DNA of 64,000 nucleotides from Acidobacteriota bacterium. GTDB lineage: Bacteria; Acidobacteriota; Vicinamibacteria; Vicinamibacterales; CAVVIG01. Numbering within the stretch: the stretch's first letter is position 1; every line of letters begins with the position of its first letter. The notes below the pieces were generated by a model. It did not search any database. It was not told the DNA's origin and was given only the letters and a program-made list of their open reading frames with translations. The stretch is taken from assembly GCA_028876655.1 (NCBI GenBank), contig JAGWRA010000176.1, positions 7,850-71,849 of the forward strand, written 5' to 3'. A program made the translations under genes and the position numbers. This document shows, piece by piece, positions 45,301-54,709 of this stretch.

Positions 45301-47092
45301 CGACGCGGTCCCGCTGACCCCGAGCGGGAAGGTCGATCGCCGCGCCCTGCCGCCGCCGGTGCCGGTGCGTGCGGCTGCCGACGAGGCGTCGGCCGCGCCG
45401 CGCACGCCGGCCGAGATGGCGCTGGCCGAGATCTGGCGGGCCGTCCTCGTCCGGCCGTCCATCGGGCGCGACGACAACTTCTTCGAGCTGGGGGGCGATT
45501 CGATCCTCAGCGTGCAGGTCGCCTCGCGCGCGCGCACGGCCGGCCTCGCCGTCACGCCCCGGCTGCTCTTCCAGCACCAGACGATCGCGGAGCTCGCCTC
45601 GGCGCTCGCCGCACAGCCCGCGTCAACGACGATCGCCGCCGGCACGGACGCCCCCATGGCCGGCCCGGTGCTGATGACGCCGATGCAGCACTGGTTCTTC
45701 GCGCAGGACTTTGCGGAACCGCAGCACTGGAACCAGGCCGTCCTGCTGGAGGTTCCGCCCGACTTCGATGGCGCCCGCGCCCGGCGGTGCCTCGACCTCG
45801 TCGTCGCGCATCACGACGCGCTGCGGCTCCACCTGGCCGAGCCGGGCGCGCTGGCCGACGGCCGTCACCCCACCCGTCTCGCCTGCGCGCCGGCGGGTGG
45901 CTCGACGCCATTCGTCCGGCACGACTGCCAGACGGCCGATGAGGCGGAATGGCCTGACGTGCTGGCAGCCGGCGTTGCCGCCGAGCAGGCCGCCATCGAT
46001 CTGGGGCACGGTCCGCTCATCCGCACCGCCTGGTTCGATCGCGGCCCGTCCCGGCCTGGACGACTGCTGATGGCGATCCATCATCTGGCGATCGACGCCG
46101 TCTCGTGGCGGATCCTGCTGGACGACCTGGCGTACCTGGTCGAGCGCGACCTTCGCGGCGAGCGGCTGGAGCTTCCGGCCCGGACGGGCTCGCCGAGCGC
46201 CTGGTCGAGTCAGCTCTCGCGATGGGCCACCGGCGCGGCGGCTGCACGGGAAGTGGACTACTGGCTGGCCCGCGGCCAGGCGGTCACCGGATCGATCCCG
46301 CGCGACATGGACGTTCCTGGCGACGGCACGCAGGGCGCCACCGAAGCCACCGTCCGCCTCGAGCTCGACGCGGAGACCACGGCCAGGCTCGTGGTGGAGA
46401 CGGCAGGCAGCCACGGCCTCGGGATCGACGAACTGCTGCTGGCCGCGCTGGCGCGCACGCTCGCCAGCTGGTCGGGCCGCCGGTCGATCTGGATCGACGT
46501 CGAGGGCCAGGGGCGGCGGCTGCCGGATGACGCCGATGCCGACGTCGACCTGTCGCGCACGGTGGGCTGGTTCACGGCCATCTTCCCGGTGCGCATCGAC
46601 GCGCCGCCCGACGACACGGGTGCGGCGTGGCTGGCGGCCGTGCGCGACCAGCGCCGCGCCGTGCCCCATCAGGGCGTCGGCTTCGGCGCGCTGCGCTGGC
46701 TGCATCCCGCCGACCGCGTGCGCGAGCGCCTGGCCGCACTGCCGCCCCGCGAGGTCGTGTTCAACTATCTCGGACGCTTCGAAACCGGCGCGAGCGCCGG
46801 CCCGTTCCGGCCGGCACCGGAACCGGTCGGCCCGACGCGCGCCCCGGGCAGCCGGCGGCCGTACCTCCTCGAGGTGAACGGCGGCCTGACCGGCGGCCGG
46901 CTGGTGCTCGACTGGGCCTGCAGCACCGACGGCCACCGGCCGGAGACCCTCGAGCGGCTCTCCGCCAGCTTCGTCGACGCCCTCCGGTTGTACGCCGGTG
47001 CCGTCGCGCCGGCGCCGGACGCGGCCGCTGCCTTTGCCGATTCGGGCTTGAGCAGCCGCGACCTGGACCGGCTGCTCGGCCGCCTGACGTAG
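39338..47092 (+). CDS. NRPS, two modules: C(DCL-type)-A(Ala-like)-T-C-A(Ser)-T-E
   Basis: 2584 aa. The N-terminal 'LEDVYALSPLQEGLLFHSLY' is typical of C domains that accept from an upstream E domain; [10 protein letters not shown]1 code by eye is DLFNCALTYK. T ([12 protein letters not shown]). C2 (LSHAQQRLWFLQQLDP, 'HHLVGDE'). A2 code is DVWHFSLVDK (Ser-type). T (FFELGGDSILSV). E domain (MTPMQHWFF, HHLAIDAVSWRILLDDL). Confidence 0.95.
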   Translation: MAKNLEDVYALSPLQEGLLFHSLYDPRSSAYFDQLIVAIQGTLDEDAFARAWQALVDRHPALRTAFAWRSGKRPLQVVARTARLDVIRHDWRGEPDALAPARLEAFLEEDRRRGFELSRPPLCRLAIIRRAEAERVIVWSRHHLLLDGWSVSLLLRELLERYGALTGGAPAPERPAPPYRDFIDWLQRQDRSAAEAFWRRTLDGFTTPTPLGLTRATGERRADPAAADVERIDRLPAGQTEAIVAGARRARVTLNTLVQGAWALLLGRLSGETDVLFGETVAGRPADLPGADAMIGLFINTLPVRVPLPAAVTAGDWLRSLQDAGTDARRYDYCPLVDVHGWSEVPRQTPLFDSLVVFENYPASTREAVMPGFTIGSAETWERTNYPLTLIVSPGTQLELRWIFDAGRFDETAMVRWMEAFRTILDQLAARLDAPLARISPLDDAERRMLLHDWNATALAFDRQVCLHQLVEAQAAATPERTAIVHRGARVSYAALNERADAIARGLAALGAGPEVPVGLCARRTPALLAGMLGILKTGAAYVPLDPAYPAERLSFMVRDAGIRLLVTERALAGRFDEVTPVLLDADAEPAAPPVRRSPDVTPENLAYVIYTSGSTGLPKGTAITHRSAVALVAWARHVFSDGELAGVLASTSVCFDLSVFEVFLTLAAGGTVVLAEHALELPSLGAAGSVTLINTVPSAIAELERQQAIPASVRTICLAGEPLTAALADRLYALPGVERVYDLYGPSEDTTYSTFTQRAPGGPATIGRPIANTQLYLVDGHLEPVPAGVIGEIVLGGDGLARGYLGRPALTAERFVPDRFSGRAGARLYRTGDLGRFRPDGRLEFLGRADHQVKIRGFRIEPGEIQARLEEHPGVADAAVVVRRDERGDPHLAAYYTSSDATAAAPGALRDYLAQRLPAYMVPDAFCRLDALPRTPNGKLDRAALPDPSGSRPASAVAPRTPTERQLVDLWQQVLGLDTVGVTDNFFDLGGHSLLATRLMARVRETLQVEPALRLVFDHPTVAELAAALDEAAATAPLDPGAQIGRRATAGPVPLSHAQQRLWFLQQLDPASAAYNIPIALTFDGPLDLDALRRALDAVAARHEVLRTRIAATDGRPSAMPDPDRGPALHVVDLRDRPATDAAAEARRVAAAESLTPFDLERDPLARVTVVRTGPEHGLLLITLHHLVGDEWSLDRLLQDAGRAYARAARGADPALPPLARQYGDFAVWQPQWLEGAAATRQREYWRQQLAGLEPLELPTDRPRPAERTTNGGTVSVEIPPSLAAALREFSRREGVTLYTTLLAVFQAFLSRYTGQTDVACGSPVAGRQHPEVAEAIGLFVNTLVLRTVVDGQRPFRELLAQVRSVALDAQARQDVPFDLVVEDLHPGRDLGRHPLFQAMFSLERPAVPQTAFAGLTLRPLEVENRTAKFDVSLTVLDAAGTLTASLQYSTDLFERETAARMLEHYLVLAGSAVQTPDAAVSNLALMTPAERRRVVEDWNGTARAFPPVPALHRLFEAQAARTPDAVAVRFEDRDLTYSTLDERANRLARHLQALGVGPDVVVGVLLDRSIEMVVALYAILKAGGAYLPLDPEYPVERLRFMVESSAAPVIITSSALAGQVPATEAALVDLDREAAVIARHDGRTLPLASSGSHLAYVIYTSGSTGRPKGVMVPHEAIVNRIQWMQAEYGLTASDRVLQKTPFSFDVSVWEFFWPLAVGAELVVARPGGHRDSRYLAEIVASAGITTLHFVPSMLDLFLQEPGLDRHCRSLRRVFASGETLMPELEARFFAQLPAELHNLYGPTEAAVDVTSWACEPGSPRASVPIGRPIANIQTHVVDGRIEPVPIGVPGELLLGGIGLARGYLDRPDLTADRFIPNPLGPAGSRLYRTGDRVRWQADGTIAYLGRIDHQVKIRGFRIELGEIEAALMQHPAVRHAVVVARDEASGHRRLVAYVVPADGTDDAGVLQRHLRTQLPEYMVPSVFVWLDAVPLTPSGKVDRRALPPPVPVRAAADEASAAPRTPAEMALAEIWRAVLVRPSIGRDDNFFELGGDSILSVQVASRARTAGLAVTPRLLFQHQTIAELASALAAQPASTTIAAGTDAPMAGPVLMTPMQHWFFAQDFAEPQHWNQAVLLEVPPDFDGARARRCLDLVVAHHDALRLHLAEPGALADGRHPTRLACAPAGGSTPFVRHDCQTADEAEWPDVLAAGVAAEQAAIDLGHGPLIRTAWFDRGPSRPGRLLMAIHHLAIDAVSWRILLDDLAYLVERDLRGERLELPARTGSPSAWSSQLSRWATGAAAAREVDYWLARGQAVTGSIPRDMDVPGDGTQGATEATVRLELDAETTARLVVETAGSHGLGIDELLLAALARTLASWSGRRSIWIDVEGQGRRLPDDADADVDLSRTVGWFTAIFPVRIDAPPDDTGAAWLAAVRDQRRAVPHQGVGFGALRWLHPADRVRERLAALPPREVVFNYLGRFETGASAGPFRPAPEPVGPTRAPGSRRPYLLEVNGGLTGGRLVLDWACSTDGHRPETLERLSASFVDALRLYAGAVAPAPDAAAAFADSGLSSRDLDRLLGRLT

Positions 47093-47107
47093 ACCGTCAC
47101 CGGACTC

Positions 47108-50100
47108 ATGACCGTACCGATCGACCGCGCCAACCTCGAAGACGTCTACGAGCTGTCCCCTCTGCAGCAGGGGCTCCTCTTTCACGCCGTGCGCGACACG
47201 GCGGGCGGCGCGTACCTCGAGCAGCTCAGCCTGGTGCTGCGCGGCCCGCTCGATCGCCGCGCGTTCGAGGAGACGTGGCGGCAGCTGATGGCCCGGCACG
47301 CCGTCCTGCGCAGCGCGTTCCTGTGGGACGACCTCGAGAAGCCGGCGCAGCTCGTGCTCCGGCAGGTACCGGTGCCGCTCGACGTGCTCGACTGGTCGGA
47401 CCTGCCGGCCGGCGACCAGCCCGCGCGGCTCGACGCGTTCCTCGCCGGGGACCGCGCCCGCGGCTACGCCCTGGATCGCGCGCCGCTCATGCGGCTCACA
47501 CTCGTCCGGCTGGACGACGACCGCCATCTGCTCGTCTGGAGCCACCATCACCTGCTGCTCGACGGCTGGTCCACCGCCCTGCTGCTCCAGGAGGCACTGG
47601 CGATCTACGGATCGATCGTCGAGGGACGGCCCACGGCGCTCGAGGCGCCCCGGCCCTATCGCGACTTCATCACGTGGGTCCGCCGCCAGGATGCCGCGGC
47701 GGCCGAGGCGTACTGGCGCCGCGCGCTCGCCGATCTGGACGGCCCGACCCCCGTCCCGCTCGCCACGCCCGCCGGCACGCGTGACGCGGCGCCGATCTTC
47801 GACGAGCAGCGGATGGACCTCTCGCCGGAAGACACGCAGGCGTTCCACGCGACCTGCCGGCGCGAGCGGCTGACACCGGGAACGGTGCTGCAGGGGGCCT
47901 GGTCGATCCTGCTCGGCCGCCTGACGGGCCGCCGCACGGTCGTGTCGGGCACGACGGTCTCGGGCCGGCCCGCAGGGCTGCCCGGCGCCGATCGCATGGT
48001 CGGCCTCCTGATCAATTCGCTGCCGGTCCGCGCCGACCCGGAAATGGATCGGCCGGCCGCCGCGTGGCTGCGCGACTTCCAACAGCAACTGGCCGACATG
48101 CGCCAGTTCGAAGCGGTGCCACTCACCCGGATCCAGCAATGGTCGTCCATGCCCGCCGGCGCTCCGCTCTTCGAGACGCTCGTCGTCTTCGAGAACTATC
48201 CGGCGCCCGCCGGCGGCGCGGGTGGCGCCAGCGGGCTGCGCGTCGAGGACGTGCGCGCGTACGAGCGGACCCACTATCCGCTGACGCTGGTCTCGGCCCC
48301 GGGCGACACGCTGCCGCTCCGTCTCCTGCACGACCGCACACGCGTCTCCGCGCCCGCCGCGCGCCGCCTGCTGTCGGCGCTGCGCGAGCTGCTGCGGTCC
48401 TTCGTCGCCGATGCCGGTCGTCCCGCCGGCGACCTGAACCTGCTGACCGGCGCAGACCGCCGCGAACTCGACGCGTGGAACCGGGCCGTGCCCGAGGCGC
48501 CTGACGGCGGACCGGTGACGGCCGCGATCGCCGCGCATGCCGCAGCCGCCGGCGACACACCAGCCGTCCGCTCGGACGATGAGGTGCTGAGCTATCGCGC
48601 GCTGGACGTCCGGGCGAACCGCCTTGCGCACTTCCTGCAGCGGACCGGCGTCGGTGTCGAAGATCGCGTCGGCATCTGCATGGACCGGACGCCGGCCCTC
48701 ATCGTCTCACTGCTCGCCACGCTGAAGGCGGGGGCGGCGTACGTCCCGCTCGATCCGTCCTATCCAGCCGACCGGCTGGCGCTGATGGCCGCCGACGCGA
48801 AGGTCCGGCTCGTGCTGGCCGACCGCGCCAACCGCACGACGCTCGACGCGGCAGGTCTCTCGGGCGTGCCGATCCACCTGCTCGAGGAGGAGGCAGCCGC
48901 CATCGAGGCGATGCCCGCCGCGGCGCCGGACGTGTCGATCGATCCCGACACGCTCGCCTACGTCATCTACACGTCGGGGTCGACCGGGCGGCCGAAGGGC
49001 GTGGCGGTCTCGCATCGGAACCTGATGAACCTGGTCGGCTGGCACGGCCGGGCATTCGGCCTCACCTCGGCCGATCGCTGCACGCTCGCCGCCAGCTTCG
49101 GCTTCGACGCCTCGGTCTGGGAAACCTGGCCGGCACTGGCCGCCGGTGCGACGCTCGACCTGGTGCCGGCCGGACTGCTGCTCGATCCGCCGGCGCTCAG
49201 GGATCGGCTCGTCGAACGGGCGATCACGGTCAGCTTCGTCCCGACACCCGTCACCGAGCAACTGCTGGCGCTCGACTGGCCGCGTGACGCCGCGTTGCGC
49301 CTGCTGCTCACCGGCGGCGATCGCCTGACGCACTTCGCGAGCGACCGCCTGCCCTTCACGCTCGTCAACAACTACGGGCCGACCGAGCACACCGTGGTCG
49401 CCACCTCCGGCCCCGTCGGCACCACGGCCGACGAGACCCGGATGCCCGACATCGGCCGGCCGATCGCCGGCACGCGCGCCTACGTGCTGGACGCGCGTCT
49501 CAATCCCCTGCCGCCCGGAGCGGACGGCGAGCTGTTCCTGAGCGGCCCCAGCGTCGCCCGGGGCTACCAGGACGCGCCGGATCAGACGGCCGAACGCTTC
49601 CTGCCGGATCCGTTCACGACCGTCCCCGGCACGCGGATGTACCGCACGGGCGATCGGGTACGGCTGCTCTCCGACGGGCGGATGGCGTTCGTCGGCCGGA
49701 CGGACGACCAGATCAAGCTGCGTGGCTTCCGCATCGAACCGGCCGAAATCGAAGCGGTACTGGCAGCCCACCCGGCCGTGCGCGAGGCGGCGGTCCTGCT
49801 GCGCGAAGACCGGCCCGGTCACCCGCGCCTCGTCGCGTACGTCGCCCAGCACGACGACAGCGTCCCCTTCGCGTCGCTCGAGGCGTTCCTCGGCTCGCGG
49901 CTCCCCGAGTACATGGTCCCGCGGGTCTGGGTGGCGCTCCACACCTTCCCGATGACGCCGAACGGGAAGATCGATCGCCGCGCGCTTCCCGTCCCCGAGG
50001 CACCGGCTGCCGCGGATGCAACGCCAGGAGCCTGGGTGGATGCCTTCGAGGAACTGTTGGCGGGCATCTGGCAGGACCTCCTGTCGCTCGATGTCCCTCC

Positions 50101-53100
50101 GTCGCCCGAGGACGACTTCTTCGCCAGCGGCGGTCACTCGCTGCTCGCCCTGCGCCTCGTCACGGCCATCCGGCGGACCTGGGCGCTGGACGTGCCGCTC
50201 ACGGTCCTCTTCGAGCGCTCGTCATTGCGGCGGATGGCGGCCGCCATCCGCGAGCGCTCGCAGGCGGCGGCGTCGGCACCGCTCGCGCCGCCCCTCACGC
50301 ACCAGCGGCGCGACGGCGACCTGCCGCTCTCGTTTCCGCAGGAGCGGCTCTGGTTCCTCGAGCAGCTGCCGAAATCGGCGCAGGCGTACCACATCTCGCT
50401 CGGCTTCCGCCTCGACGGTGTCCTGCGGCAGGAGGTCCTCGAGCGGACGATCGGCGAGATCGTCCGACGGCACGAGGTCCTGCGCACGACGTTCCATCTC
50501 GTCGACGGCCGTCCGGTCGCCCGCGTCGAGCCGGCCGGCCCGGTCGCGTTCACGACCGCCGACCTCGCGACCCTGCCGCCGGAGGCACGCGACGAGGCGC
50601 TGGCCTCGATCGCGGAGGAAGAGGCGGCACACCCCTTCGCGCTCGACCGCGGCCCCCTCGTGCGCGGCCTGATCGTCAGGCTGGCCGACCGGCAGCACGC
50701 GCTGCTGATCACGGTGCATCACATCGCCGCCGATGGCTGGTCGATGGGCGTGCTTACGCGCGAGTTCCCGGCGCTGTACGCCGCCTTCGCTGCCGGCCGC
50801 CCCTCGCCACTTCCCGAGCCCGAGCTCCAGTACAGCGACTTCGCCGTCTGGCAGCGGGCCTGGCTGGACGCGGCGACGCGCGACCGGCTGCTCGACTTCT
50901 GGCGCGGGCAGGTGGCCGGCGCCGAGCCGCTCGACCTGCCGGCCGACCGGCCGCGGCCGGCCGTCCAGAGTTACCGGGGCCGCACGATCGGCTTCACCGT
51001 ACCGTCCACGACCGCCGACGCACTTCGCGCGCTCGCCCGCGACGCGCACTGCACCCCGTACATGGCGGGCCTGGCGGCCTTCTCGGTGCTGCTCGCCCGC
51101 CTGTCGGGCCAGCGCGACTTCCTGATCGGTTCCCCGGTCGCGGGGCGCGACGCCGCAGGCGCCGAAGGGCTGGTCGGCTGCTTCGTGAACACGCTGGCGC
51201 TCCGGTGCCGGCCGGGCATGGACCAGCCGTTCCGCGCCTGCGTGGACGCAGTCCGCAGCCGGCTGCTGCAGGCCTACGCCCACCAGCAGCTCCCATTCGA
51301 GCAGCTCGTGCAGGCGGTCGTCCCCGAGCGGGACCTCAGCCGCGCGCCGCTCTTCCAGGTGATGTTCGTCTGGCAGCACGCGTCATCGGCCCCGGTCGAC
51401 CTGCTCGATCTGCGGTGGACGCCGTTCGCCGTCGACGGTGGCGCCGCGAAGTTCGACCTCACTCTGACGATGACCGAGGGGAGAGACGGCCTGGCGGGCA
51501 ACGTCGAGTACAGCACCGATCTCTTCGATGCGGCCACGATGGAGCGGTTCGTCGGTTACTGGCTGCGCCTGCTGGACGCCGCGGTCGCGACGCCCGACAC
51601 CGCCGCCGGCGACCTGCCCATCATGCCGGATGCCGAGCGCGACCTGGTCGTCCGGACGTGGAACGGGACCGCCAGGGACTGGCCCGACGCCAGCCGGCTG
51701 CTGCACGAGCTCGTCGAGGCGCAGGTGCGGCGGACGCCGGACGCCGTCGCCCTCCGGTTCGAAGGGGCATCCCTCACGTATCGCGAGCTCGATCGGCGCG
51801 CCGGCGCTCTCGCCGGCCGGCTGCGGCGCGCCGGCATCGGTCCCGACGCCATCGTCGGCATCTGCCTCGAGCGGTCGTTCGATCTCGTCGTGTCGCTGCT
51901 GGCCACGTTCAAGGCCGGCGGCGCCTACCTGCCGCTCGATCCGGACTATCCATCCGAGCGGCTGCGCTTCATGCTCGGAGAGTCGGCCGCGCCGGTCGTG
52001 CTCACCTCGTCCGCCCTGCAGGGCCGCCTGCCATCGCACCCCGGCGTGACGCTGTGCGTGGACCGGGATGAGGAGTCGCCTCGCGATCCCGACGCGCCCG
52101 CGCGACCGGCGGTGGACCCCGACCACCTGGCGTACGTGATCTACACCTCGGGTTCCACGGGCCGGCCGAAGGGGGCCGGAATCTCGCACCGCGCGATCGT
52201 GAACCGGCTGCTCTGGATGCAGGAGGCCTTCCACCTCACGCCGGCCGATCGCGTCCTGCAGAAGACGCCGTACAGCTTCGACGTCTCCGTCTGGGAGTTC
52301 TTCTGGCCGCTGACGATCGGCGCCGAGCTCGTCATCGCGCGGCCGCGGGGCCATCAGGATCCCGCCTACCTCCGCGACCTCATCGTCGAGCGGGGCGTCA
52401 CCGTGCTCCACTTCGTGCCGTCAATGCTCGAGATCTTCCTGGACGCCGCGGGGATCGAGGCGTGCACGTCGCTGACGCAGGTCTTCTCGAGCGGCGAGGC
52501 GCTGTCGCCCGACCTGCAGGCGCGCTTCTTCGGCCGGCTGGGGGCGGCGCTGCACAACCTGTACGGTCCGACCGAGGCGGCCGTCGACGTGACGAGCTGG
52601 ACCTGCACGGCGGACGCGGGCCCGGCGCCGGTGCCGATCGGCCGGCCGATCGCGAACATCCGGACCTGGGTGCTGGACGAGCGCCTGCAGGCGGTCCCCA
52701 TCGGCGTGCCCGGCGAACTGTATCTCGGCGGAGTCGGCCTGGCGCGCGGCTACCTGCACCGGCCCGGCCTCACCGGCGAGCGCTTCGTGCCTGCGCCTTA
52801 CGGTCCCTCCGGCGAGCGGCTGTACCGGACGGGCGATCGCGTCCGGTTCCGGCCGGACGGCGCGATCGAGTACCTCGGGCGGCTGGATCACCAGGTCAAG
52901 CTGCGCGGCTTCCGGATCGAGCTGGGGGAGATCGAGGCGGCGCTGGCGCGCCACCCGGGTGTCCGTCAGTCGGTCGTCGTGCTGCGTGACACCGCACCGG
53001 GCGGGCCGCAACTCGTCGCCTACCTGGTGGGGGACGGGCCGCTTGCCCTGGGCGACCTGCGGACGCACCTGCTGGCGACGCTGCCCGATTATATGGTGCC

Positions 53101-53551
53101 GGGCGCATTCGTCCTTCTCGACGCCCTGCCGCTGACCGCCAGCGGGAAGGTGGATCGCCAGTCGCTGCCGGCGCCGGAGGGCGCGGCGGTCGTCGCGGGC
53201 GCTGGCCGTACGGCCCCGCGCTCAGCGGTCGAGTCGCTGGTGGCCGCGTTGTGGGCCGAGCTGCTGCATCGCGAGGCGCTGGCCGTAGAGGACAACTTCT
53301 TCGAGCTGGGTGGCCACTCGCTGCTGGCCACGCAGATGCTGGCCCGCGTGAAGGACATCATGCAGACGCCGCTGCCGATGCTCAGCATCTTCGAGGCGCC
53401 GACGGTCGGCGGCTTCGCGCAGCTCATCGACGCGGCCGCCGCGTCGCCCGGACGGGCCGAGGAGATCGCACGGGCGTGGCTGACGCTGCGCCGCCTCTCG
53501 CCGGACGAGCGGGCGCGGCTGCTGGCACGGGAACACGGGGACGCGGTGTGA
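47108..53551 (+). CDS. NRPS, two modules: C(DCL-type)-A(Leu)-T-C-A(Ser)-T; no release domain
   Basis: 2147 aa. N-terminus '[19 protein letters not shown]'; [10 protein letters not shown]1 code by eye is DAWFLGNVVK (canonical Leu). T ([12 protein letters not shown]). C2 ([23 protein letters not shown]). A2 code is DVWHFSLVDK (Ser). T ([14 protein letters not shown]). The protein ends with a ~45-aa tail '..[20 protein letters not shown]' and carries no TE or R domain. Confidence 0.95.
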   Translation: MTVPIDRANLEDVYELSPLQQGLLFHAVRDTAGGAYLEQLSLVLRGPLDRRAFEETWRQLMARHAVLRSAFLWDDLEKPAQLVLRQVPVPLDVLDWSDLPAGDQPARLDAFLAGDRARGYALDRAPLMRLTLVRLDDDRHLLVWSHHHLLLDGWSTALLLQEALAIYGSIVEGRPTALEAPRPYRDFITWVRRQDAAAAEAYWRRALADLDGPTPVPLATPAGTRDAAPIFDEQRMDLSPEDTQAFHATCRRERLTPGTVLQGAWSILLGRLTGRRTVVSGTTVSGRPAGLPGADRMVGLLINSLPVRADPEMDRPAAAWLRDFQQQLADMRQFEAVPLTRIQQWSSMPAGAPLFETLVVFENYPAPAGGAGGASGLRVEDVRAYERTHYPLTLVSAPGDTLPLRLLHDRTRVSAPAARRLLSALRELLRSFVADAGRPAGDLNLLTGADRRELDAWNRAVPEAPDGGPVTAAIAAHAAAAGDTPAVRSDDEVLSYRALDVRANRLAHFLQRTGVGVEDRVGICMDRTPALIVSLLATLKAGAAYVPLDPSYPADRLALMAADAKVRLVLADRANRTTLDAAGLSGVPIHLLEEEAAAIEAMPAAAPDVSIDPDTLAYVIYTSGSTGRPKGVAVSHRNLMNLVGWHGRAFGLTSADRCTLAASFGFDASVWETWPALAAGATLDLVPAGLLLDPPALRDRLVERAITVSFVPTPVTEQLLALDWPRDAALRLLLTGGDRLTHFASDRLPFTLVNNYGPTEHTVVATSGPVGTTADETRMPDIGRPIAGTRAYVLDARLNPLPPGADGELFLSGPSVARGYQDAPDQTAERFLPDPFTTVPGTRMYRTGDRVRLLSDGRMAFVGRTDDQIKLRGFRIEPAEIEAVLAAHPAVREAAVLLREDRPGHPRLVAYVAQHDDSVPFASLEAFLGSRLPEYMVPRVWVALHTFPMTPNGKIDRRALPVPEAPAAADATPGAWVDAFEELLAGIWQDLLSLDVPPSPEDDFFASGGHSLLALRLVTAIRRTWALDVPLTVLFERSSLRRMAAAIRERSQAAASAPLAPPLTHQRRDGDLPLSFPQERLWFLEQLPKSAQAYHISLGFRLDGVLRQEVLERTIGEIVRRHEVLRTTFHLVDGRPVARVEPAGPVAFTTADLATLPPEARDEALASIAEEEAAHPFALDRGPLVRGLIVRLADRQHALLITVHHIAADGWSMGVLTREFPALYAAFAAGRPSPLPEPELQYSDFAVWQRAWLDAATRDRLLDFWRGQVAGAEPLDLPADRPRPAVQSYRGRTIGFTVPSTTADALRALARDAHCTPYMAGLAAFSVLLARLSGQRDFLIGSPVAGRDAAGAEGLVGCFVNTLALRCRPGMDQPFRACVDAVRSRLLQAYAHQQLPFEQLVQAVVPERDLSRAPLFQVMFVWQHASSAPVDLLDLRWTPFAVDGGAAKFDLTLTMTEGRDGLAGNVEYSTDLFDAATMERFVGYWLRLLDAAVATPDTAAGDLPIMPDAERDLVVRTWNGTARDWPDASRLLHELVEAQVRRTPDAVALRFEGASLTYRELDRRAGALAGRLRRAGIGPDAIVGICLERSFDLVVSLLATFKAGGAYLPLDPDYPSERLRFMLGESAAPVVLTSSALQGRLPSHPGVTLCVDRDEESPRDPDAPARPAVDPDHLAYVIYTSGSTGRPKGAGISHRAIVNRLLWMQEAFHLTPADRVLQKTPYSFDVSVWEFFWPLTIGAELVIARPRGHQDPAYLRDLIVERGVTVLHFVPSMLEIFLDAAGIEACTSLTQVFSSGEALSPDLQARFFGRLGAALHNLYGPTEAAVDVTSWTCTADAGPAPVPIGRPIANIRTWVLDERLQAVPIGVPGELYLGGVGLARGYLHRPGLTGERFVPAPYGPSGERLYRTGDRVRFRPDGAIEYLGRLDHQVKLRGFRIELGEIEAALARHPGVRQSVVVLRDTAPGGPQLVAYLVGDGPLALGDLRTHLLATLPDYMVPGAFVLLDALPLTASGKVDRQSLPAPEGAAVVAGAGRTAPRSAVESLVAALWAELLHREALAVEDNFFELGGHSLLATQMLARVKDIMQTPLPMLSIFEAPTVGGFAQLIDAAAASPGRAEEIARAWLTLRRLSPDERARLLAREHGDAV

Positions 53552-53645
53552 AAGCCACGGCCACCGGGCCCGCGGAACTGATGGTATAGTCGCCAGAATG
53601 GCCGGCCGGCGCCGTGCCGGCCGCATCGAAAGGACGTGACACCGT

Positions 53646-54656
53646 ATGAAGCGTGCGCTGCTAACCATCTGCCTCAGTCTGACGATCGGCCTCGCCGGTG
53701 TGACGCTCCTCGCGGCACCGGCTGCCGCGCAGGGCGAGACACCCGCCCGCGTCACCCTGGTCCTCACCGACGGCACGCACCTCGTCGGCACCGTCACCAA
53801 GCAGGAAGGCGACAAGGTCTACTTCAAGTCCGACGCGCTCGGCGATCTGGTGCTCGACAAGAAGAGCATCGCGAGCGTCGGCGCCGCACAGGTCCCCACG
53901 ACGGCCGGCGGCACGAGCGCGACGGCGGTCAACCCGACGGCGGGCACGGAGGCTGCGGCCAAGTGGAGCGGCACGATCAACGCGAGCTACGCGTTCATCT
54001 CCGGCCTCGCGCCCACGCTCGGCTCGGCCAACAGCAATTCGGTCCAGGCCTCCGGCTTCGTCGAGCGCTCGACCCGGAAGGACGCCATCGCCGTCATCAG
54101 CAGCTACACGCTGCAGAAGACCGATGGAGCCGCCTCGGACACCGCGAACGACTTCCAGGTGACGGCCGCCTACAACCGGCCGCTCAGCTCGCGGTTCGCC
54201 TTCCTCAGCCGCAATACGGTCGACATGAACCGGGTCCTCCAGTACAAGTACTCGTTCACCACGCTGGACGGCCTCGCCTTCATGCCGGTGGCCCAGAAGA
54301 AGGTGAAGCTGACCGTCGCGCCAGGCGTCGCCTACACGCACTCGGAGTTCGAGGACACGGGCATCATCGCGCAGACCCTCAGGACGCTGAACTTCAACGG
54401 CATGGGGATCGGCGCCTACGAGACGCTGCTCATCCAGTTCAACCCGGCGATGTCGCTGAGCCAGTCGCAGATCTACATCTACACGCCGAGCAGCGGCCGC
54501 AATCAGGAATCGGGGTCGATCAAGCTGCTCGGGATGGTCTCGCCGCGGGTGGGGCTGTCGATCGGGTTCGACTATCAGTACGACGACATCCTGCCGTCGC
54601 CGCCGTTGACGAACTTCTACCGGACCTTCACGTCGGGCATCCAGTTCAAGTTCTGA
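53646..54656 (+). CDS. DUF481-like outer-membrane beta-barrel protein
   Basis: 336 aa, with an AAGGA ribosome-binding site. Signal peptide MKRALLTICLSLTIGLAGVTLLAAPAAAQ. N-terminal 'VTLVLTDGTHLVGTVTKQEGDKVYFKSDALGDLVLDKKSIASV' module, then alternating-polarity strands. C-terminal '..FDYQYDD..FTSGIQFKF' ends in a terminal Phe typical of OM barrels. The family call comes from remembered patterns only. Confidence 0.6.
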   Translation: MKRALLTICLSLTIGLAGVTLLAAPAAAQGETPARVTLVLTDGTHLVGTVTKQEGDKVYFKSDALGDLVLDKKSIASVGAAQVPTTAGGTSATAVNPTAGTEAAAKWSGTINASYAFISGLAPTLGSANSNSVQASGFVERSTRKDAIAVISSYTLQKTDGAASDTANDFQVTAAYNRPLSSRFAFLSRNTVDMNRVLQYKYSFTTLDGLAFMPVAQKKVKLTVAPGVAYTHSEFEDTGIIAQTLRTLNFNGMGIGAYETLLIQFNPAMSLSQSQIYIYTPSSGRNQESGSIKLLGMVSPRVGLSIGFDYQYDDILPSPPLTNFYRTFTSGIQFKF

Positions 54657-54667
54657 TCGCCAGGAAC

Positions 54668-54709
54668 GGCGGGAACCGGTGGCGCGAGACCGCGCCACCG
54701 GTTCCCGCC
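54668..54709. terminator. Perfect 19-bp stem / 4-nt loop hairpin between convergent genes (bidirectional terminator candidate)
   Basis: Sequence is GGCGGGAACCGGTGGCGCG-AGAC-CGCGCCACCGGTTCCCGCC. It lies 12 nt after the DUF481-like stop codon and abuts the carbamoyltransferase stop codon (54710..54712). There is no U-tract. Confidence 0.65.

Noticed and set aside
53600-53622. GGCCGGC-N9-GCCGGCC hairpin between the last plus-strand NRPS gene and the DUF481-like gene, read as an internal terminator.
   Set aside because: The stem is short (7 bp), there is no U-tract, and such GC palindromes are frequent by chance at this GC content. It more likely has no terminator function, and the downstream gene is probably co-transcribed.
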